Under the pieces are notes generated by a model. The model saw only the letters and a list, made by a program, of their open reading frames with translations. It did no database searches and was not told the origin of the DNA. A stretch of DNA of 64,000 nucleotides from Macrostomum hystrix. Lineage: Eukaryota > Animalia > Platyhelminthes. The position numbers and the translations under genes are program-made. Shown here in pieces: positions 49,308 to 60,434 of the stretch. Each line of letters opens with the position of its first letter. Position 1 is the first letter of the stretch. The DNA is taken from the NCBI GenBank assembly GCA_950097015.1, contig CATNEN010000002.1:9345681-9409680 (forward strand), written 5' to 3'.

Positions 49308-52300
49308 ATGAAAAACTCTACAGACTGCTCCAGTCCCTGCCTGATGGATTGGCTGCCATCTGAAGTCCTGACGCGGATCCTGGCGATGCTGGACCAAACC
49401 AGCCGCGCCCGCTGCGCCCAGCTGAGCCGCCGCTGGTACAATCTCGCCATGCAACCTCGGCTGTGGCGCCGACTCGTCATTTACGGCAAGCCTTCGGTGA
49501 TCACCGCGGAGTTGCTAGGCCGTATCTCGAGCTGGATGTCCGGCTCGCTGCTGGAGCTGGACTTTCGTGTCCGCAGTGGATGCGTGGCTGCCCTGCTATC
49601 CGAGTCACTCAGCCTACAGAGCCTCACTATATACAAGCCGATGATTTGTGAAGATGCCGAGAACCCGCTGACTGCTCTGGGTCGCTGTTGTCCTCAGCTT
49701 CGAAGCCTGCGGCTGCTCGAATGCGGCAGCACGCAGGTGCTGACTGCTAACTCTGTAGCGCAGCTGCTGGCTGGCTGTCCGAAACTGTCACACTTAGAGA
49801 TCTCGTTAAACAGCGAAAGATCCTTGACATTGCTTGGCAGTTTAGCGGCTCGCCTGGTTTCTCTGAACCTTCACGGCAGCTTTCCGTTCGGTGATCTTGA
49901 TCTGCCCAGGTGCCCAGAGCTGACCTCCTTAACCGTTTGGAGGCTCTTGGAGTCTGGTAAGTCTGACACACGTACGGTGAAATGGTGCGAATGCCCTGTA
50001 TACTACTTAAAACCTCTCTTATCGTCGCAAGCGACTCTAATGACTCTAGAGCCTCGTTAACGAGTCGTCAGCATTGTCCGAGACGCATTCGACGTTTTGT
50101 AACGGCGTACTCGTATTCGAAGCGATTTGATTTTTCATTTGCTTCTTAGCTATAACTACTCAATAAGCCTAGACGCTGGAAGCGTTTCTATTGAGGCAAT
50201 CATTAGGATGATATCAGAAGGTCTCGGAGCTTAAATCGCTGCCACCCGCTCCCATCAGGACTGGAGCCGGTGCTGCCCCGCCTGCCCTGTCTGTCCGGGC
50301 TGACGCTGCACGACTCGGACTTTATCGACGGACTCGCGAAGGCGCTGGCTGTTTCCTGCCCCGGCCTCCGCTCTGTCAGGCAGGCGTCTCCTTGGTTTGG
50401 CCTTCGAGATTTGACGGCCGATGGTCTCGTCGCGCTTCTGAAAGGCTGTCCGCAGTTAAGCTGCCTGGAAGTGCCGTACTGCAAGCCGCTAGACAGCGCT
50501 GGCTACCGCCGCGTTGTTGGCAGCTTGCGGCCCGACTTTCAGCAGCTGCGTCTCCTGTGCGGCAGCCTGACCGAGGCGGATCTGCAGACTCGGCTGCCAG
50601 CGAAACTCACTCGGCTGCAGCTGGACTTCAACAACAACTGCGGCGGCATTGAAGGGCTTCGGACCGGCTTGTCGGGCTGCTCGGGTGAGGGGGCCAAGGT
50701 CTTTTTGATAATCTTCTAGAGCAGGGGTCGGCAACCTTAGGATTACGAAATTAAATTCCGGTTACCCATTTCTGGAATTCGCGATACTTTAGGCGAGAGG
50801 CAAAAGTTAGCCCGAAAACATTTGACACGCTTTCAATTACATAAAATAAGAAACCCTTCCTCCCTGGGAGAAAGGAGGGTCATTACTCATTGGAAGTATT
50901 ACATGTACTACGCTGGCAATCATTTTCGCCAATGTTATGCGCTTGAATAAACCATGCACAGGAATGAGTTAGGATCGCATTTTGCAGTAGCAGCACTTTC
51001 TTTTGATGTGACAGTTGCGCACCTCGCTGAGCAGCTTCCTTGTTTCCTCGTTGATTGCGCCGACAACCAGCTCTCGTGATACGCCTTGAAAATGCCTGCT
51101 CGTGACCTCAAGAACAACGTCAAAGATGTGCTTCGGGAATGCCTTCTTTCCATCCGCACGTTGATTCCCCATGGTCATTTTGAAGCGCTCAAACCTGGGA
51201 TGGAAATCCTAGACAACAGCTTGGCAAAGTACCTCGCATTGTTGCTTTGAATTTTCAAGGTATGAAGCAAGCGTGGGTCTAGGGATTCAGCAGAGTAATA
51301 GACAGGACTTTGAAAGTCTCCCATTTCATCGTACTTCGATAGTGACTGACAACGTGGGTCAATCATGTCGATCGGGATTTCGACTTTCTCAATCCGCGGA
51401 GTCTCGTGGCGTGGAGTCTCGTGCCGCGGAGTCTCAAGCCGCGGAGTCACGAGTAGCGGAGTCTCATGCAGCGGAGTCACGGGTAGCGGAGTCTCAAGCC
51501 GCGGAGTCACGGGTAGCGGAGTCTCATGCCGCTGAGTCACGGGTAGCGAAGTCTCATGCCGCTGAGTCACGGGTAGCGGAGTCTCAAGCCGCGGAGTCAC
51601 GGGTAGCGGAGTCTCATGCCGCTGAGTCACGGGTAGCGGAGTCCCGTGCCGAAGAGTCTCAGGCCGCGGAGTCTGTGAGACGGCTGTGGTCGCTTGCAAG
51701 GCTAGAAAGCATACACTTTCCTTTATCTCCGCTAAATCCTTTTGAATCAGCTTGATGCTTGTCGAAAGCTCGTTCAACTGTTCCACTATCAAAGAATTAA
51801 TGGCGCCTCCTTCATTCTGTCTGAGACGGTTGAATTCCAGAATCTTATCAACACTTCCTAGCACTCTGGTTAATGATGACTCGGAGAGTGAGCTGACTGT
51901 CTCAGTCAGAGCCGGATCTCGAATGGCTGCGTTGGCAGCCGCTTCCTGCTGATTAGTTTCTGTAGGGGGCATCGCGCGGCTGATAACTGAAGCAGGGGCA
52001 GTCTTCTGTGCCTTTGATTTCTTAAGAATTTTACTCGCCACTGTTAAAGAAGACGATGCCTTTCTCTTCAGAGTATTGGGTAGAATAGTGGAAGGGGCGG
52101 CTTGGTGCACCTTGTTGGGAACAGTAGGTTGGTGAGCATGTACATGCACATCAAGGAAGCCGCCAGTCGAAGGTGCGTGTTGTTCTTCTCTGCACTTTTT
52201 TTCTTCTTCGATGGCCTTCAACCGTGAGCTTTTGTTAAAGTCAAAGTCGGCTTGCCGAACAATGGCCTTGTCATCTGAAGAAGAACAAAATTTTACATTG

Positions 52301-52378
52301 CAATATCTGAACTGTACTACAATTTAGAGTCAGTTAGTGGTATAGAGGAAAGACGAAAGAGTGGAGGAGAGGATTTTG

Positions 52379-52411
<33 letters not shown>

Positions 52412-54144
52412 GGTGGTCGAAGCTGACACAGCGGGGTAGGCGAGGGCCGCCCATTAACCTTAACCTGCCTAACTTGTATTCCGTTGCTGCCGATAAAAAA
52501 GTGCAGGAAAGGACTTGTGATGTTGCCTGCTTTGAAAAATGAGTGTGCCTATGGTCAGCCCTGCTGACCATTCCGGCAGGAACGGAGATGTTGGTTTCTT
52601 CGCTCGGCAGGAAAAGGTAGAGAAAATGAGAAAATGAAAAGAAAGACTGAATTATTGAATGCATTAGTGAATTGAGTAGCGTATGCAGATATGAAGCTTT
52701 AGCTCACCTGACACTGCTAAGACTTCGACAAGCTGTTCGTCTCCATAGTAGTTTATGTTTATTCGCTCTCCAACTTTAGGCACTGCCTGCTTAATTTCAA
52801 TAGAATCTACTAGACCATCTGCGTCAAAAAGTACTAGCAACCAAATGGTCGGTTGTCTTGATGAGCGGCGGCTCATTTTCTCTTATTCTAACTAATCGTG
52901 TTTATGGCGAAGCTGTTCTCATCAATTTTCAAAATTATTTCGATTGCTGTCCAGGTGCAAGCACTAGATTCCAGGTAGAAAATTAATTGCTGCGTGCAAG
53001 GATGGGGAATCCCAAGTGACATCGAAAACCCCTCCCCTCGGTTTATTGGCCCGACACCCACCAATCCGAGAAGAGCAAGCAGGGGACGCTTTCACACAGA
53101 ATTCCGCGGAAATTTGGACTCATTCCGCTGACCCAACTGTATATACCCCCGCGGGCTAAAGAGAGAATCTTAAAGACGACGGCGGGCCGCATGAAGAAAG
53201 GGGAGAGATGAGACACAGGAGAGATGAGACAGGTGAGAGATGAGACGGGGGTGACAAGACGCAAGAGAGATGAGACGTGGGAGATAAGACGCAAGAGAGA
53301 TGAGACGTGGGAGATAAGACGCAAGAGAGATGAGATAGGGTGTACTTTAGAATAGGTGTTAGGAGGAGCTAAGGGCCGGATTTGGGAGCTTCGAGGGCCG
53401 CATCTGGCCCGCGGGCCGGAGTTTGCCGACCCCTGTTCTAGAGCGATGAGGAAGCACCACAAAGTTGAGTTGTACTAGTAAATAAAGAAAGCTGGTCAGT
53501 TGATTCGGTGCACAAAACTCTTGAAGACTTGTGAGACACGAAGCTCTTAAGTCAAGTCGGTTAGTCGGCTGTCCACTTTCATTTTTTTAGGTTGTATTGC
53601 GATCGAGAGTCTCACAAGTACGTACTGGCATTGAACAACGACACATCACATTTATCCCACAGAGCTCACCCACCTAGTCCTTACTGACTGCAACGATGAG
53701 CTTTTGTCAGCGCTGCTCATCCAGCTACCCCGCCTGCGTAACCTCCGCCTCAGCAGCTGCAGTCGCCTCACCCGACAGGCCTGGGCGAAATTGCGCGAAC
53801 TCTCCGCTTTCCCACACGACCTGCGCGAGTTTGTGGTGCTCTTCTCCATCTGCAGCGGCTCCAGTCTCACCGATGAGTCGGTCGCCGACATCTGCGCCAG
53901 TCCGATCGCCAGGGGTCTGCGGTGGCTATGCCTGGACAACTGCAAACAGCTGACTTCACAGTCTCTCACCTCCATCGTCAGCAGCTGTCCTTGGCTGACC
54001 CGCCTGGCTCTGCTGTCCTGCTATGCTATTGCGGAGCCTCATCAACTGGCATTCCGCGCCGCCTTCCAGCACCGCGTGGAACTGGAGCTTCGTGGTGCGC
54101 CCGAATGGGCCCTAGATTTGTGTGACTCGGATGCGGAGAGCTAG
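49308..54144 (+). CDS. F-box / leucine-rich-repeat (FBXL-type) protein
   Basis: F-box WLPSEVLTRILAMLDQTSRARCAQLSRRWYNLAMQPRLWRRL followed by cysteine-containing LRRs (CPQLRSLRLLEC, CPKLSHLEIS, CPQLSCLEVPYC, CPWLTRLALLSC). Exons 49308-49956, ~50220-50684 and 53663-54144; the last junction TCG G|AG CTC is in frame. Confidence 0.9.
50969..52876 (-). CDS. Two-exon BEN-domain-like protein carried inside the hAT boundaries
   Basis: Exon 1 52876-52708 (cag|gtgagc) joins exon 2 at 52274 (ttcag|AT) in frame with the 348-aa ORF. One frameshift near 51205 gives ARYFAKLLSRI-FHPRFERFKMTMGNQRADGKKAFPKHIFDVVLEVTSRHF...GAINEETRK, which fits the BEN helical pattern. Recognised by eye only. Confidence 0.68.
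51395..51670 (-). repeat. 30-bp coding tandem repeat (10-aa PLPVTPRHET-type), ~8 copies
   Basis: gcggagtctcaagccgcggagtcacgggta units lie in frame in the BEN-like ORF. Confidence 0.92.
52381..52407. repeat. (GA)n microsatellite
   Basis: gagagagaga run in the intron of the BEN-like gene. Confidence 0.95.
53205..53340 (+). repeat. 30-bp tandem repeat inside the hAT right subterminal region
   Basis: gagataagacgcaagagagatgagacgtgg at 53281 and 53311, with degenerate copies upstream. Confidence 0.85.
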
Positions 54145-56328
54145 TCAGGCTGTGCTCTTTCCTGAGGCTTGGTCTAGCGCTTTCATTGAGCTTGTCAAAC
54201 TGTCAGCGTCGATACACAAGCGACTACTTTGATGTGACTACTTTCTAATTCTTTCAAGTGCCGAATTTTGTATTAATTGGCTAATTTATTTCAATGAGGG
54301 TTTTGTAGGCCAAACGCAGTTTGTTGGTAGTAAACGTTCAAAGCCAAGTAGGCATCCACAATTTGTTATATATTGAATATATTGAATGTACAGTATGAGT
54401 GTACACAACGTGCAATGACGAAATTGGCATAGTAAGTGGTGAGATACTAAGAGAGAACCTCGTGCAGAGTTACGCAACGCATATCGCATGCAGAACTACA
54501 CAAAAGTGCACCAAAGAATAACTTAGGTCACCACAGAGGGTAAACATGCCCTCCTTAAAACCTGCCTTGGCCTAGTTGTCAAAACGCCGAAGACTAAGGT
54601 GCTGACTGTGCGGCCCAACATTCCAGCGAAGCTGACAAGTCGTTACTTTCAGTCCGTTACCATCCCGACTTTCTAATTGATAAGTCAGAAAGTCAGCAGA
54701 AATACTCCTGCAGGTGCTGCATTAAGGCAATAGCACATTATGCCAGTAAATTACATATAATGCGGTAACTTAATAAACAGTAGAACGTGTGTGTCCCATT
54801 TTGGTCAGGAAAATCGTCCAGCAAGCATTACTCTAATTAACAATACAACTTCCAAACTTGGGGCTCTGCTCTGGCTTCTTGGATTTGTATCGTAAAAACT
54901 AAAGCTGCGTTTTTAATAAAGAAACGGAAGCCTTACGAGTAAAACCTTCGAGCAATGGCCAGGAAACCTGTACGGAAGGCCCCGACCAGCGTGCCTCATT
55001 GTAGAGAAACTAATTCAAGCAGGAACATGGGCAACGAGCTGATGGGAAAAGTTTTGTTCCAGCCAAAAGTGAATTAAAAGACTTTGACGTTGTTCCTATG
55101 TAATTAAAATCCAAAAGTATGTGATAAAATACTACTCAGCTTCTTTGTTTGCAACTGTGCAAACGCAGGGAGACTGAGCTAATCATCTTGAGCAGCACTT
55201 TGCTGCGAGTGACTTAAAATCTCTTCGACGCTACTCGGCCTCGGAGATTGACGGAATCGAATGACTCTCGGCGTTGGACCAAATGGATTGGATATCAATC
55301 AACGTCTTCGAGAATTGGATACGGACTGAATGTATTCAACGCATGGAGACGATCCGCGAAGCTATTTATGGCATTGTCTCTCCGGTTAGGACTGGCTGAT
55401 TCTTGTTGACGTTCTCAACCATGCACTTTTGATACAATATGGCATGATTTTTCTCGCTAACTGCGAGCATACGAGCTAACTTTGAAAAAGTATATTGAAA
55501 AAAGCTTCGGAAAGCGGCCAAAAAGATTTTTCCGCATCTGTCGTACTTATGAAGCTGCTGACTGACTTGCTGTTGTTAAAGTCGGACGTTGTAAAAATTT
55601 GGCTAAAGACTAAAACTTTATTTACGTGTTAGGTGGCACGTACTGAAGTAGGTCGTCCGTTCTGATTCAACATAGAATCCCGCTCGTTGTCATAGGCGGA
55701 TCGGCAAAGTTTTTCATGAAGAAAGATGAAACGTTTTCAGACCGAAAAGAATTGTCCAAAGCACGACGGAAGACTTTCCAGTAGGGGTTGAATTCAGCAG
55801 CCCAGACTGCTTATGAGAGCAACATTTTTTGCTGCAAATAAACTGTGAGGGGGACTGTCTCATGTCTAACAAAGAATCTGTGAGCTGCGGCCGGAAGGAT
55901 GTGACTCCGCGTGACTCCATGCTTGCACTGGAGTTCCGCGGAATTGGCGACGCACTCTAGAAAACTCGTTGCAATAGTGCTTTTACTTTTTAATCAGTAT
56001 CTTAAAAAGTAATGAAAGACGGATAAAATCGTAGCAAAGTTGTTAACAAACTTCGTTTTATAAACAAAGCACGAACTGACGTCTGTACTTTGAATTCGAC
56101 TGAGGATCGTGTACGCATAGTAAAAGTGTTAATTTAGTGGTCAGGCAAAGCCAGGGTAAGATGAGACGGACTTTAACTACTTCTGACTTAAAGATAAGGT
56201 AAGTAAGGCATTTCTCATGTCGTCTTTAACAGGGTTCATCGGACGTGATAGCATATGCTTATTCGTTGCTTGGGTCTTGTCAAAAATTTCAGTAAATAAC
56301 CAGTATCCTTAGTTGCCGCTTGGTTGCA

Positions 56329-57533
56329 TCATCCGCCGCAGAGATTTTCGAGTTCTAGGAACTGATTAAGGGTGAGCGATGCTGTGACGAAGCCCCAGCA
56401 CTCAAGCCAGCCGTTGAATGGCGCTGGCCCGGCGGTATTGCAGTCGCCGATACGAAGACAGTTGAAGCTATCCATTGCAGCGGGGTCGCTGCCGAATGTC
56501 TTTGGCGAGTCGGTGTCATACAGCACACCATTCATGTAGACATGAGATTCATAGTTCGACCCGGTGAAGCTCACTCCGAGGGAGACAGTTTTTAAGATCC
56601 CATCCGTGACCAGCCCGGTGTTGGAGATGATCTCAGTGTACTGTTTGGAGCCGTCCACTAAGTAATGCCTAGACTGGATTTGACCGTCGGCTCGGGTGTT
56701 GAAGTGGCTCACGGAGGCGCTTGAGAGACAGCTGCTAAAGGAGCTGAGACACTTTGCTCTAAAAGTCAATGACGATGTAAAACTAAGTCACTGGTTTTAT
56801 TTATTTAAAAAGACTTCTGACTTGGATTTTCTTACTCTGAAGTCGCAGCTAGCTTTCCTCGAAAGTAAATAGTAAACTTATTGTTCAGTAAGATGTACTG
56901 ACTAAAGCCATTCGTGCTGACAGCAATGAAGGAGCTGGAGCTAGTGTTTAGGCGAACACCGTTGAGAGGGTCCTGCTGGGCAATGTTTTGAGGTACAGCT
57001 GTGTAGAGAGAGCCGGCCAGATTGGAGAAGCCCACTTTAAAGTTGTACCAATCACTACTCTCGAGGCGAAGCTCAAGGCTGAAATTCCAGGAACTGCGAC
57101 AGTCGCCGGTCGGGCCGTCAAGTTTTCTGTCAACGGCATGCTTCTGGCTGCAATCATAAAAAAGGGAGCAGTGGCCTCTTAATTTTCTACAAACTAGAGG
57201 TTAAAACAAGAAAGTGCTCTTACTGGAACCACTACCTGTCCGTTTCCGTCTCACACTCATTCTGGGGCTGCAGCCGGGAGTCGAAGGCGGTTGGGCTGCC
57301 AGGCTGTAGCATTCGGAGCTATCTTTTAGGTATACGGAGAGGCGACAGTCGCCACTCAAAGTGCAGCGAAGCACACATTCCGACTCACTCGGAGTCGACA
57401 CGGCCGCCTCAGGCAGAGCCGATGGGCAGTCGGAGGTCACCAGGTCGTACACAGCAGAGCAAGCTTCGTACGCCATCGTTGAACCAATTAGAAGCACAAA
57501 GAGCGACAGTTTCCAAATGTTACTGGCAATCAT
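56329..57533 (-). CDS. Secreted protein with PAN/apple-like domain and C-terminal LamG/pentraxin-like (concanavalin-A fold) domain
   Basis: Signal peptide MIASNIWKLSLFVLLIGSTMA and PAN-like SESECVLRCTLSGDCRLSVY...ECY. C-terminal HVYMNGVL...LRIGDC...FNGWLECWGF...LTLNQFLEL. Three exons (~57533-57222, ~57178-56833, ~56770-56329) with one internal frameshift. Confidence 0.7.
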
Positions 57534-57805
57534 ATTGCTGCAGCCCACTAAACTTTTAGTTAATTTGTTTTAAAAAAAGTTTCTGTCGCAAAGTCATGCA
57601 AGGTCCATTCGAAGAGAATGTGAATTTGAAGCGATGAGGTGCTAACCTGTAGTGCATGGTCTATTGAGCAGTTACTAGCTGATTGGTCCATGAAATATTA
57701 CATGTCTCTGCCCAGTGGCAGCCAGTTTTGCCAGATAGAAACAGAAGGAAGAGCCTTCTAGAAGATCTGGGATGAAAATTGTATTAATGGAAAGACAGGA
57801 GTTTT

Positions 57806-57960
57806 TAGCCTGGTGGTTATGAGCTTCTGACTTTCGACCGGGGGTCGGTAGTTCGAAACACAGCCCTACGGAGACAATTTGTGTCCGTGAGTAAATATCT
57901 AATTCCCCAGTGCTTCAGTTCCCTGAGCTGTAAAATGGGCACCAGCATTAAATGGGGTAG
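57806..57960 (+). mobile_element. tRNA-derived SINE, family A-like
   Basis: tagcctggtggtt...agttcgaaac head, then acaatttgtgtc...gcttcagttccctgagctgtaaaatgggcaccagcatt, similar to the 48593 copy. Confidence 0.72.
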
Positions 57961-58267
57961 AAATTCGGACACGTGTGGCGGCCTTCTCAGTCCACAGCCT
58001 TTGAGTAGCTGTACACAGCCTTTAGAAGCGCCGATAAAAAGCTTCGGCTGTACATCTGGCCCGGTTTTATTTCCGTTCGCTGGCTGTCGAACTTAGAGTG
58101 CTCCAGTTCTTAGATAGATCAATAGACCAAGTGACGAGTCTGCGGCAGCGTTTGCTGTGTCAAACTGCGTCCAGAAATACTCTTGTCTGTTCAACTCGTG
58201 CCCTGATGTATTCTGTGGAAACTTTCAATTCGGGGATTTGCTTAATAATGTAATAATAATTGCAGGA

Positions 58268-58410
58268 GGGCTGTGGGCAATGGCACATCTCATTTAGAGA
58301 CAGTAGACCCGCCGCCATGCAGCGAGGAGGCAATTCCGCCCATTTCGCTGATTCCTTTGCAAACACCAACACGCACACGTGTACTTTTTCATCGTCAGGC
58401 AGTGTAAGCT
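58268..58410 (-). mobile_element. SINE family B, 3' fragment (a shorter one lies at 42895-42970)
   Basis: ggctgtgggca.tggcacatc is the reverse complement of the family B tail gatgtgccagtacccacag. Confidence 0.6.
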
Positions 58411-59084
58411 TTCACTGTGTTGTAGTTTATCGGTACCGTCGGCAGTTCGCCGACGCGGTAGTAGGGTTCGGGTACGGACCACCCAAAGCTTGCCGGGGGA
58501 GGAGGGATGGGAAGCAGCGACCCTCGAGGCGTTCCGAAACTCCGAGGAGAGATGGGATGGGCTTGGAGCGTACAGACACTCGCTAAGCCCGGCACAGAAG
58601 GATGCGCGAAGGCTTTGACTGCGAGCGGGTAGCCACTCGACAGCCCCAGAGAGAGGTGGATGACGGTCTGGAGGCGTACCGACGCTTCGCAGACTCGAGG
58701 GAAGACTCTGGAGGAGAAGGATGATGATGATGAGCTTTTGGCAGCAGCAGAGGTCGGGCAGAGGAACAGGTTTGAGCATGGACAAATAACTCGTTAATGC
58801 TTATCTTACCGAGAGGGATCGAACGCTGCACTCATGGCAATTAGTGTAGCTCAGGCTGCGTAGTTTATTATTGTATGGATTGTTCGCTTCTAACTCAGGG
58901 CAGCGTTCTCACAATAGTACTCGGGCGGCGCGGGGGCTGGCCACGGCAGCGCGTGCTAATAAATAACAGCATGGGGTGAGGCGAGGGCATAGGGCTGGAC
59001 GGGATAGGGCTAAGCCACGCAGGGCTGGGGTGGGAGCAAACACACAAGGCTGAGAGCCGAGAGAGAGAGAAGGAGGCCGGCTAG

Positions 59085-59151
59085 CCAATCAGAAGTCTCC
59101 TTGGCGAGAGGCCTGATTGGACTAGCGAAGACGGCGCAGGGGGCAGCCAAT
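59085..59151. promoter_or_regulatory. Three evenly spaced CCAAT boxes
   Basis: CCAAT at 59085, ATTGG at 59116 and CCAAT at 59147 (31-bp period), with NF-Y-like flanks (AGCCAATCAG, CTGATTGGAC, AGCCAATGGG). Confidence 0.55.
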
Positions 59152-59249
59152 GGGCGAGCGACAAACAACCATAAAGGAGGGTGCCTAAGCCGGGGCCGGG
59201 CAGAACTGGATTGAGCAGGTGGCCGGGGTGGAAGGTTTAGAGACGCAGG

Positions 59250-59448
59250 GGTCGGAGCAATGTCATTGTGAGATGCAGCTCACAACAACTGTGCCTTGGA
59301 GGTTGGCCCTCAAGGCCGTAAATTGCACAACAAGCCCCCAAGCCTGCTCTCCGCAGCTGCGCCCCAAATTAAAGTGGCCTCCTCGCGGAATCGAGCTCAG
59401 GGACATTCAGTGCGAGAGTCAACTGCGTTAACCGCTCTGCCACCGACC
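59250..59448 (-). mobile_element. SINE family B, 5' portion with tRNA-like head
   Basis: Minus strand ggtggcagagcggttaacgc (A-box) ... gagctcgattcc (B-box-like) ... gggcgcagctgcggagag. Confidence 0.75.
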
Positions 59449-60434
59449 CCCTTAGGGATACGCATGTCTAGCCGGTTAACTAAAAACATTATCTGTGACG
59501 TTACGATTCTACCTTGCTCATGACTGCCCCCCGCTCACCAAACAATAACTGAGCCGTTTCTTTGTCGATTCAAGGTTCACCATATGCGAACGACTATAAC
59601 TATTCTGAATTGTTCTCATAAAGATCAGGTTCTGAATAAAAGCTCAAGGGTACTCAAGGTACTAGAACAGTATACATAATTTTAGACTTTTGCAAAGCTC
59701 AAGCAAGGCAGAGAAAACCATGTTGAATATCTTACTTAAAACAATGCGACAATCAATCTAACTAAGCTGCATGTGAAGCACTAGCTCTCACAACTTGCTC
59801 TTAGGTCCAGAGCGTCGTCAGGAAAGTCGTTTGTACTAAATTATTGAGTTGAAACTGACTTCAGAATTATTATTTTGCCGTTGGCAAATGAGTTTACGAG
59901 CTAACACGATAAAGATGCGTCGTTGCATATTTAAGTTTCAGGCTTCACGCTGATGCGTTACGCTCGTACTATTGTTCAGTACCTGTTTTAATGATTATTC
60001 CCATTACAAGATGAACTTTAATTCAATTTATCTGACAAAGTTTCTAATTGAAATGCATGCTCAAATCGGTATGATAATGTAAGGACCGCACAATTGCAAT
60101 TATTCTTGCTATTTTTCTTTATTAACCAGAAATATTATATTCGAGTCCATTTTATTTGATATAATAGAAATCAATCCAACAGGAATGGATTATCACATTT
60201 CTCTCTCTGGAAAGAATATAGTGTTGATCAACTATTTGGTATTATGCTCATTTGTATTTGTTAACGGGAAAATTTTACCAGATAGCCAATATTCCAATTA
60301 GATATTTCGAGCTGTCTTAGTTGGAACATATGCAGTTTGATTGCTTTGCTCACAGTTGTCTACGAGACGAGGTTCACGCCAAACTGCCTGGGCCAGTTAC
60401 GCTTTGAAGTCGACTCGCAATTCAGACAGAAAGC

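Larger units (their letters stand above)
50722..53435. mobile_element. Non-autonomous hAT (Charlie-like) element, 2714 bp, in the FBXL intron
   Basis: TIR CAGGGGTCGGCAA at 50722 and TTGCCGACCCCTG ending at 53435. Identical 8-bp TSD TTCTAGAG at 50714-50721 and 53436-53443. Subterminal GGCCCGCGGGCC motifs at the right end. No transposase ORF. Confidence 0.93.

Noticed and set aside
49957-50219. Unusual splicing at FBXL intron 1 (phases do not join cleanly)
   Set aside because: A single indel near 50220-50235 would explain it, and such errors are common in this window.
50740-53150. Helitron or Tc1/mariner as the inner BEN-carrying element
   Set aside because: No TC...CTRR ends at an AT site and no matching TIR pair were found. 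Only one end (CAGTTG next to TA) is mariner-like.
54540-54680. LINE reverse-transcriptase fragment (LGLVVKTPKTKVLTV)
   Set aside because: Only a short resemblance to the GLxINxxKTKVM motif, with no YADD or other RT motif nearby.
55140-55960. Coding-like fragments and a TTCCGCGGAA hairpin before CTAG (possible Helitron end)
   Set aside because: Frames are short and stop-ridden with no recognisable family, and the CTAG is followed by A rather than T.
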